Positions 10,901 to 20,000 of a DNA stretch of 20,000 nt are shown in pieces. Below the pieces are notes generated by a model. It made no database searches. It had not been told where the DNA came from and saw only the letters and a list, made by a program, of their open reading frames with translations. The stretch is from Vairimorpha necatrix (taxonomy: Eukaryota). Position numbers and translations under genes: made by a program. The DNA lies in the NCBI GenBank assembly GCA_036630325.1, contig CP142726.1, forward strand, positions 1,604,403 through 1,624,402, in the 5' to 3' direction. The first letter of the stretch is position 1. Each line of letters begins with the position of its first letter.

Positions 10901-13761
10901 ATTTTGATATTATATATTGTCTATAGTTCAATAAAATGCGTTAGATTAAATCTAAGTATGAAAAGGTCAAGAAATTTTTTACTTAATATAAATTTTATAA
11001 TACACAAGGATTTATCTACAAGTAAAATAAACATAATGGCAATAAAAATCTTTGAAAAAACTATTATATTTCGAAATGCAATTTCAATAAAGATAATCGA
11101 AATTAATATTACAAAAATAATTTTTAAAAGAAAATATATTGAAAGTAGTAGGATAGCTTTTTTTAAAAAATACATATTGGACTAAAACTCGTTTTGAAAA
11201 GAAATATTTTCTTTTAGAATAGTTAATAAAAGCATTCAAACTAAACGTTTGAATAATTTTAGATAAGTAGAAAGAAGAAATTTTTCATACAATTAAATTT
11301 TCACGACTAATTAATCTAGAAGTCTTAAACACTAAAACGAAAATAATATTTTTTGATCATTAAATTGAATTTTATATTTTCAAATTTTGTTCATAATAAT
11401 ACACATACGACTGATTCTAATAAGTAATAGTTTTAGAACATATAACGACATTTTTTTTTTCAAAAATAATATATCAATCGAACATTTAAAATGCAATATA
11501 TTACACAAACATTATTAAACATGATGATATATACAACCTACACGAAAACATATGATCAATAACGAAAAATTTATAAAAATATTAATAAAATATTTAAAAT
11601 TTTTATATGTTTGAATTTCAAAAGAAACCATATCACGGAGGGTTTTAAAAATTGTAGATTAAAGGTATAAATCACAATCAATATTTCAAAAAATTTTATA
11701 AATGATTTAAATCATTCTTATAGTATAACATTCAATACTATTTATCGCAAGGAAGCATTGGAAAGTTCTTCATATGTAAAAACTCATTTTTTTATGCTTA
11801 ACTTAAGTTTTTAAAATTATTATAAAAATGTACATATATAAACCAAATAATATCATGAAAATTTAGAGTATCAAAGAAACATAAAGACATACGACGAAAA
11901 TAAAATATAAACATCTATAGAGAAACACAACGAACGACATTTCATTCTGTTATCATTTATTACAACAGTATTTTGTTATTTTTGGTCATAATCTGTAAAA
12001 ATATTATAAAATAAAATATAAAAATTATTTCAATGGAAATAATGATAAATATCTGAGAAATAAATCTAATAATGGTCAGAAAACATATTAAATACATTTC
12101 GAATAATAAGATAATAAATATATATACAAATTGTAAATTTATAAACAAAACTAGGCTGGAAATGAATTTCGTATTTCTTCATGTGAATTTTTCTAGTAAA
12201 TATCATAAATTCCAAGTATTTATTTTTAATACTATAATTATGATAAACATACAATCAAAATAAAAACAGAATTAGTAAATTTTTTGAAAAATATCTTACA
12301 CTAACCGAAGATTTTAAAAATATAATATAATAAGAGCTAATAAGGGTTAATAAAAAGTATAAACAAAACCCAATGCAACTAATTAATAGATATTTATATA
12401 AAATTAAGGATAATATAATGTAAGAGCGTATAAATTAAAAAAACAAATCTTATCTGTAATAATGACAGAAAATATTTTTATGCATAAACCTAATTACATA
12501 TTAAACATAGATGCGGATGACGATTTCTAATAATTATTAAATAATATTTAATTCAAATATTAATTGATAAAAAAAAATATAATAATAAATTGATAAATTA
12601 AATTTTAATTATTAAAACAACAAAATCTTTTTGAATTTTAATTGGAGCAAATATTTTGAATCGTTAATTGAAATCAATCTGATGATTTAATTAAAAATTA
12701 AAATTTTAAAATAATCCATGAATTGGTTTTCTCATAAAAAAAAACATTTTAACTTAACACATTAATAAAACATTTTCATAGGGAATGTTAAGTTACTTCT
12801 AAACTATCCGCAAATTTTTATGCAATAATTTAGAATATACAACATATCTGAATCGCAAAAAATTTATCAATATTAACTTGTTATCAAATATATCAAACTA
12901 GTTCTCTTCATAATTAAAATTATATGAAGATCAATCAAGATTTAAATCCAACGGTTATAAAAGAAAATATATAAGTATAAACAAAATATATCTAAGGAAT
13001 TATGATCACATTATCAAATATATATCTTATAGAATGTTTTTTTTAATTTTCCAATATTTTCACTCCCTCTTATTTTAAAATATTATATTTTCTACCGTAA
13101 AAAATTGAATCCCAAAGAAAACATAAAAAATAGACACAATAACATTTGTAATTATAAAAGACTTCCTGGACAGTTAGGCAAATACATATATAAATAGAAT
13201 TGTACATTAGAAGAGGAAGCATCCCTATGCAGCAGCCAAGTAGATATAAATATTCATAAAAAAATTCAAAAAAAAATTAAATCATATTTATTTAGATAAA
13301 TATAAATTACATTCATTGATCTATTTTAATATCACATAATTTTATAGTGAAATATTTAAATGTAATTAGTTATTCGTATTGTATTTTAAAATCAAACATG
13401 GAATTTAGTCCTTAATGTTTTCAAATTATTACGTCCTTTTATTTTCTTGGAAGAGTGATTCAATTTTATTATTCAAAGTGGTACAATGAGCTTTCCTAAA
13501 GAGTATAATCTCCTGTGTCTGTATATATGCGTTAGAACAGCTTTCGAAATTTAAGTTATTTGCATAATATCCCTAAAATATTATTTTTTTTTAGTATAAT
13601 ACTAATATTTCATGTAAGAAAAATGTTAAAACACAAAATTGACTTTTTTTTACAATAATATATATTACAAATTAAAGAAGTAATTTCATACTTTTACAAT
13701 ATATTATTACATAAATTTATTCGCAGAATTACACCAAAAATACTTTGTGTTTTAATTATAA

Positions 13762-13799
13762 TGTTAAAGTTGAACCTCCTATTAAATAAATGAATAACA
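13762..13799 (+). repeat. 5' mini-LTR (38 bp)
   Basis: TGTTAAAGTTGAACCTCCTATTAAATAAATGAATAACA; TGTTA..TAACA inverted ends; 34 of 39 aligned positions identical to 16888-16926; contains AATAAA. Confidence 0.88.
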
Positions 13800-14246
13800 T
13801 GGCAAACACAAAATACAAAAGGGTAACAAGTGAGACTTGTGTTTAAGAGAAGAGAAAATTGCTAAAAGAAGCTCAGAGAGTAGAAGCAATCATCTGAATG
13901 CAGAAAGATGTAAAAGATGTGACAACGAAGCAGTCGATAAAACAAGTAAGTTCTGAACTTTTGAATTTTATTAATGATAAAAATTTAATCAGTATGATTA
14001 ATTGGAATGATATTAATGATGAAATTGATAAATTAGTTGTTGAAGAGTAAGAGAATAAGAACAAAGAAAAATAAAAAGCAGAGAACTAGATGATATGGTA
14101 AAGGTTATGAAAGAAAAAATAAAAAGAAGATTAAAGGATAACTGACTAGGACTGTAGCAGTGCCAGGAAGAAACTTTCAATATCAAAGACGAGAAGAAAA
14201 ACATTTTTTTATATGTGGAAGAATTATACATATAGCTAGAGGTTGT
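13799..14246 (+). pseudogene. gag: Short decayed gag-like region ending in a CCHC zinc knuckle
   Basis: ATG at 13799 overlaps the LTR end (MANTKYKRVTSETCV*). Interrupted charged/helical frames follow. FFICGRIIHIARGC at 14205-14246 is C-X2-C-X4-H-X4-C with the first Cys codon read as TTT (one change from TGT). Confidence 0.65.
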
Positions 14247-14489
14247 ATGGAGCGTAAAGGAAGACAGGAAGAGAATAATGAAAATATAAGTGTTAAATAT
14301 TTTGGCATTCGTGATAATAGTAAAATGAAAATATTAAGTGGAAATGATTTTAAATTGAGACTACCAGTGGAGGTAGAAAGAGAGAACTCAAGAAACCGTT
14401 TTTATGTAAAAATACAAACCAAGATAAAAGAAGAAAAAATATTAATAAATATGAAGAATTGGAAGGAAAATTTTCGAGGTATTGTGAAA

Positions 14490-15300
14490 AGACGAAGGGA
14501 AAATAAAATACTTAACAGGGAGAAAATGTTCTATCAAAACAAAACAATGAGTGAAAGTAGTTTAAAAGGAACAAAATATTCTTATAAACTCCGATAAAAG
14601 TTAGAAAAGTATATTAATTATTAAAAAGTATAGGTATTATCAGAAAAAAAAAAGAACGAATGGAGAAGCCTTATAAAAACTATAGAAAAACCAAATGGTG
14701 AAGTACAATTTAGAAGCAATTTGATGGCTTTAAACGAACTGGTGCAAAAAGATCCGTATGAATTGCCATTGATTAGAGACATTATTAGGGCAACGCAAGG
14801 TTCTAATGTATTTATGGTTATAGAACTAAAGGAAGGATTCTATCATATAGAAATTAAGAAAGCTCAAAAGCATAAGACAGCTTTTGAGATAAATGTTAGA
14901 GTTTACAAAAAGAATAGCATGGTAATGGGATTTAAAAATCTTCCTATTTTATGTAAAAAGTGATGAACGGAGTTTTAGATAAGTTTAGAGGCAAGAGTGT
15001 TGAGATGTACATGGATGATATTATTATTCATGCAAGAGATAGTAATATACACGAAATTTTTTTAAAACAAGTTATTCGAAAATTTAACGAATGTGGATTA
15101 AAAAAAACTTAAAAAAAAATACAATATAAAGGAGAAGTATAACTACTAGATGTAACAATTAACGGAGAAGACATTAAACCGACAAAAATGAAAAACAAGA
15201 GACATTAAAATACAGAAGGCCTAACAACATGAAAGATTTTAGAAGATTTAAGGGACGGGCAGGCTGGTTAAGAGATTTTATTTCCCATTATGCTTATCGG
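14490..15300 (+). pseudogene. pol: Reverse transcriptase (frameshifts and stops); boundaries approximate
   Basis: GIIRK..EWRSLIKTIEKPNGEVQFRSNLMALNELVQKDPYELPLIRDII..VIELKEGFYHIEI..KHKTAF..MVMGFKN; YMDD at 15008-15019 (VEMYMDDIIIH); LRRF..GRAGW thumb region near 15235-15270. Confidence 0.93.
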
Positions 15301-15431
15301 TCAGCACGTCTTACAGAAGCACTAAATAAGATAGTAAATATTTATGATCCGAAAAAATGTAAAGAGCTTTTATGGATATCAAAGAGGGTTTAAAGGATGT
15401 GAAAAAATTAAAAATAGAAGATAGTTAAAAA

Positions 15432-15790
15432 ATGTATAGAGTAAGAACGAATGCATGCGATACGGGAATTAAAGCCATACTTCTGCAAGAAGACAAGGCA
15501 GATAAGTGGAATCCGATACAATGGCATCATAAATGTTAACACCAACATATAAAAAGTATACGATTAGTGAAAAGGAGATGATGGCAGCGTTATTTGGATT
15601 AAAGAAATTCGAGTCAGATTTGTGAGAAAGAAAATTATATTAAATGTTAGATCATTAAGCACTGCCCGAGATTAGAAACAACCCGTTTACAATAATAACA
15701 TAATTAAGAGATGGATAGAATATATACAAGAGTTCGATTTCATAAAGAATATGTAAAAGGAAGAAAAATGACGGATGTGGATGCAAAGAG
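15432..15790 (+). pseudogene. pol: RNase H domain (decayed); boundaries approximate
   Basis: RVRTNACDTGIKAILLQE from 15438 (compare the Ty3/gypsy TDAS..GIGAVLLQ motif); YTISEKEM at 15557-15580; LDH*AL; RWIEYIQEFDF..YVKG....DVDA. Confidence 0.88.
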
Positions 15791-15976
15791 AAGAAAATTT
15801 AAAAATAACGAAGTGAAAGAAAGCTTCGAAAGAGAGAAACGGACCCAAAAACAAAGGAAAGGGAAAGAAATAAAGCGCATGGTTAAAAGAGAAGGTAAAA
15901 ACTATTTGAAGTTCTTAACAAAAGAAATTAAAGAACTACTACACAAAGAACTAAGAGAGACAGAAATTTCAGAGTT

Positions 15977-16887
15977 CATGAGAAATTAAATCATCGTGAA
16001 GTGAAAAAGACCTTATTATAAGTAAAAACAAAGATTGTACTGACCAGGTATTGGACCAGAAAACCACAACGCTAAAAAATTATGGAGTATGTAGCATTAA
16101 TAACAGAAAAACGACCGGAGGTTGCAATTTTGTAACAAAATTTAAGAAATTAGAAAAAGTAGCTTTAGACGTAATGAATATTGCGAAAAAAAATACGTGC
16201 TATTAGGGATTGACTACTTAGAAGAAGAGTATAGGGCGCAAAGATGGAAAACAAAGGAAGTGATGTTATTACTAAATTTTTAGATAAATGGATAAATGAA
16301 ATGAATGCCCAGATGATATATTACGGATAACGGTAAAGAATTTGTCAGATAGAAGTTTGTACCTCCGTGTATCGAAAACGGAATTATACAACGGAAAGTA
16401 GGTTTAGTAGCTCATAGGTTTTATTGAAGAATAGAACGATGTATTTACACAATAAGGGAATCGATGATCAAACAAAAAGAAGGAAATGCAGAGGAAAAAC
16501 TAGAACAAGCTGTAAGAACCTATAATAACACTCTACACACAGCATTACAAGTACAACAATGAAAGCATGTAAAGAACAAGGAAAAGAAGTCTTTATTGAA
16601 AACGATAAAAAGTGTGTGTATGCAAGTAATTTTAACAAAGGCATAGAGAAAACTTTAGAGTAGATCAGGCTGTGAGAATTGCAAGATAAAAAACTTGGTT
16701 GAATAGATGAAAAGTATGAAAGGAAGATTTACAAGTGTTGGAGAAATAATGGAAAGTGTGAGAAAAATTCTTATATTGTAAAGACTGATAGCGGAAGATA
16801 CATTAAAAAACGACATTATGACCTAAAATATTATAAAAATGGAAAATTAGAAGCTTGTAATGTGAGACTAGCCGTTTGGAGGGGGGA
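15977..16887 (+). pseudogene. pol: Integrase (HHCC remnant + DDE core), no chromodomain seen
   Basis: HEKLNHR at 15977; VALDVM with D at 16168; LGIDY; TDNGKEF with D at 16326; RIER with E at 16434, giving D-35-E spacing; YNNTLHTAL; C-terminus NSYIVKTDSGRYIKKRHYDLK runs on toward the PPT. Confidence 0.9.
16878..16887 (+). promoter_or_regulatory. Polypurine tract
   Basis: GGAGGGGGGA abuts the TG at 16888. Confidence 0.9.
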
Positions 16888-16926
16888 TGTTAGGGTTGAA
16901 CTTTCCTATTAAATAAATGTATAACA
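16888..16926 (+). repeat. 3' mini-LTR (39 bp)
   Basis: TGTTAGGGTTGAACTTTCCTATTAAATAAATGTATAACA, followed by the TSD TATAA. Confidence 0.88.
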
Positions 16927-17085
16927 TATAATCATTAATCTGAAAAAAAATACTTGAATAAATAGATATTTAGTTAAAATTTATCAACAAATTTTCAATT
17001 TTTATTTAGTTTAGTTACATATTGATTAAATTGAATTTTTTTTAAACAAAAGATTAAGGAAGTTTTGAGGGCTAAAAGCTTACGT

Positions 17086-20000
17086 TTAGGTAGGGTAGGT
17101 AGGTTAGGTAGGTTAGGTTAGGTTAGGTAGGTTAGGTAGGTAGGTTAGGTAGGTAGGTAGGTTAGGTAGGTAGGTTAGGTAGGTTAGGTTAGGTTAGGTA
17201 GGTTAGGTAGGTTAGGTAGGTAGGTTAGGTAGGTTAGGTGTAGGTAGGTGTTAGGTTAGGTAGGTTAGGTAGGTAGGTTAGGTAGGTTAGGTAGGTAGGT
17301 TAGGTTAGGTTAGGTGTAGGTAGGTGTTAGGTTAGGTAGGTTAGGTAGGTAGGTTAGGTAGGGTTAGGTAGGTTAGGTAGTTAGGTTAGGTTAGGTTAGC
17401 TAGGTTAGGTAGGTTAGGTAGGTAGGTTAGGTAGTAGGTAGGTAGGTAAGGTTAGGTTAGGTAGGTTAGGTAGTAGGTTAGGTTAGGTAGGTAGGTTAGG
17501 TTAGGTTAGGGTTAGGTAGGTAGGTTAGGTTAGGTAGGTTAGGTAGGTAGGTAGGTGGTGGTTAGGAGGTTAGGTAGGTAGGTAGGTTAGGTAGGTGGTG
17601 GTTAGGTAGGGTTAGGTTAGGTAGGTTAGGTAGGTAGAGGTTAGGTAGGTAGGTGGTAGGTTAGGTTGGTGGTGGTAGGTTAGGTAGGTAGGTTAGGTAG
17701 GTTAGGTAGGTTAGGTAGGTAGGTTAGGTAGGTAGGTGGTTAGGTAGGTTAGGTAGGTAGGTTAGGTAGGGTAGGTAGGTAGGGTAGGTTAGGTAGGTTA
17801 GGTAGGTTAGGTAGGTAGGGTAGGTAGGGTTAGGTAGGGTAGGTAGGTAGGTTAAGGTAGGTAGGTTAGGTAGGTAGGTAGGTAGGTAGGTAGGTAGGGT
17901 AGGTAGGGTAGGTTAGGTAGGTAGGTAGGAGGTTAGGTAGGTTAGGTAGGTAGGTAGGTAGGTTAGGTTAGGTAGGTAGGTTAGGTAGGTAGGTAGGGTA
18001 GGTAGGGTAGGTAGGTTAGGTAGGTTAGGTAGGTAGGTAGGTAGGTTAGGTAGGTTAGGTAGGTAGGTTAGGTTAGGTAGGTAGGTTAGGTAGGTAGGTT
18101 AGGTAGTAGGTAGGTTAGGTGTTAGGTAGGTTAGGTTAGGTAGGTAGGTTAGGTTAGTAGGTTAGGTAGGTTAGGTAGGTAGGTTAGGTAGGTAGGTTAG
18201 GTAGGTAGGTTAGGTTAGGTAGGTAGGTTAGGTAGGTAGGTTAGGTTAGGTAGGTAGGTAGGTTAGGTTAGGTAGGTTAGGTAGGTAGGTAGGTAGGTAG
18301 GTTAGGTAGGTAGGTAGGTAGGTTAGGTAGGTTAGGTAGGTTAGGTAGGTAGGTAGGTTAGGTAGGTTAGGTAGGTTAGGTAGGTAGGTAGGTGTAGGTA
18401 GGTAGGTAGTAGGTAGGTAGGTTAGGTAGGTTAGGTTAGGTAGGTAGGTAGGTAGGTTAGGTAGGTTAGGTAGGTAGGTAGGTAGGTTAGGTAGGTAGGT
18501 AGGTTAGGTAGGTTAGGTAGGTTAGGTAGGTAGGTAGGTAGGTTAGGTAGGTAGGTAGGTAGGTTAGGTAGGTAGGTAGGTAGGTTAGGTAGGTTAGGTA
18601 GGTAGGTAGGTAGGTTAGGTAGGTAGGTAGGTTAGGTTAGGTTAGGTAGGTTAGGTAGGTAGGTAGGTTAGGTAGGTTAGGTAGGTAGGTAGGTAGGTTA
18701 GGTAGGTAGGTAGGTAGGTTAGGTTAGGTAGGTAGGTAGGTTAGGTTAGGTAGGTAGGTTAGGTAGGTAGGTAGGTTAGGTAGGTTAGGTAGGTAGGTTA
18801 GGTTAGGTAGGTTAGGTAGGTTAGGTTAGGTAGGTTAGGTAGGTAGGTTAGGTAGGTTAGGTAGGTTAGGTTAGGTTAGGTAGGTAGGTTAGGTTAGGTA
18901 GGTTAGGTAGGTAGGTTAGGTAGGTAGGTAGGTTAGGTTAGGTAGGTTAGGTAGGTAGGTAGGTTAGGTAGGTAGGTAGGTTAGGTTAGGTTAGGTAGGT
19001 TAGGTAGGTAGGTTAGGTAGGTAGGTAGGTTAGGTTAGGTAGGTTAGGTAGGTTAGGTAGGTTAGGTAGGTTAGGTAGGTTAGGTTAGGTTAGGTAGGTA
19101 GGTAGGTAGGTTAGGTAGGTAGGTTAGGTAGGTTAGGTAGGTAGGTAGGTTAGGTAGGTAGTAGGTTAGGTAGGTTAGGTAGGTTAGGTAGGTAGGTAGG
19201 TTAGGTAGGTAGGTTAGGTAGGTAGGTTAGGTAGGTTAGGTAGGTTAGGTAGGTTAGGTAGGTTAGGTAGGTAGGTTAGGTTAGGTAGGTTAGGTAGGTT
19301 AGGTAGGTTAGGTAGGTTAGGTTAGGTAGGTAGGTAGGTTAGGTAGGTTAGGTAGGTAGGTTAGGTTAGGTAGGTTAGGTAGGTAGGTTAGGTAGGTAGG
19401 TTAGGTAGGTTAGGTAGGTTAGGTAGGTTAGGTAGGTTAGGTAGGTTAGGTAGGTTAGGTAGGTAGGTAGGTTAGGTAGGTTAGGTAGGTAGGTAGGTTA
19501 GGTAGGTAGGTTAGGTAGGTAGGTAGGTAGGTAGGTTAGGTAGGTTAGGTAGGTAGGTAGGTTAGGTAGGTAGGTAGGTTAGGTAGGTTAGGTAGGTAGG
19601 TTAGGTAGGTAGGGTAGGTAGGTAGGTAGGTTAGGTAGGTAGGTTAGGTAGGTAGGTAGGTAGGTTAGGTAGGTTAGGTAGGTAGGTTAGGTTAGGTTAG
19701 GTAGGTTAGGTAGGTAGGTTAGGTAGGTAGGTTAGGTAGGTAGGTAGGTAGGTTAGGTAGGTTAGGTAGGTAGGTTAGGTAGGTAGGTAGGTTAGGTAGG
19801 TAGGTAGGTAGGTTAGGTAGGTAGGTTAGGTAGGTAGGTAGGTTAGGTTAGGTTAGGTTAGGTAGGTAGGTAGGTTAGGTTAGGTAGGTTAGGTAGGTAG
19901 GTAGGTTAGGTAGGTTAGGTAGGTTAGGTAGGTAGGTTAGGTAGGTAGGTTAGGTAGGTTAGGTAGGTTAGGTAGGTAGGTAGGTTAGGTAGGTAGGTAG
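17086..20000 (+). repeat. Telomeric repeat array of mixed TTAGG and TAGG units (T1-2AGG)
   Basis: 2,915 bp to the window end made almost entirely of TTAGG and TAGG. The G-rich strand runs 5'->3' toward the end, as expected for a right chromosome end. Variant units are concentrated proximally. Confidence 0.95.

Larger units (their letters stand above)
13762..16926 (+). mobile_element. Decayed full-length Ty3/gypsy-type LTR retrotransposon (3,165 bp) with 38/39-bp LTRs, TSD TATAA
   Basis: Domain order zinc knuckle-RT-RNase H-integrase. Terminal direct repeats at 13762-13799 and 16888-16926. TATAA at 13757-13761 and 16927-16931. TGG directly after the 5' repeat. GGAGGGGGGA directly before the 3' repeat. 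Confidence 0.92.

Noticed and set aside
7906-13756. Short ORFs (10904-11185, 10921-11175, 11960-12263) and faint LRR-like words in the long AT-rich tract
   Set aside because: The I/F/K/N-rich translations mirror base composition and overlap on opposite strands, and I could not follow any motif. A heavily decayed gene cannot be excluded without BLASTX.
13741-13815. 11/12 complementarity between TACTTTGTGTTT (13741-13752) and AAACACAAAATA (13804-13815) as a self-priming stem
   Set aside because: The upstream arm lies outside the TSD in flanking DNA, and the match is AT-rich and low in complexity.

Overview
Very AT-rich eukaryotic subtelomere ending in a telomere. It is probably from a microsporidian, an inference from the RT motif style and the TTAGG-related telomere. 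No intact host gene is recognisable. The window holds: a short array of palindromic ~20-bp units (~299-503); two solo LTRs with 5-bp target-site duplications (3845-4207, 7548-7900); a 1,976-bp Gag-only LTR element with 285/284-bp LTRs and a GAATT TSD (5495-7470); ~5.8 kb of featureless AT-rich DNA; a decayed but structurally complete 3,165-bp Ty3/gypsy-type element (13762-16926); and, ~160 bp later, at least 2.9 kb of irregularly mixed TTAGG/TAGG telomeric repeat running off the window end. The most striking observation is the Ty3/gypsy element. Its LTRs are only 38/39 bp, yet it has TG..CA ends, a polypurine tract and a flush TATAA TSD. Its gag region is very short and no protease is visible.
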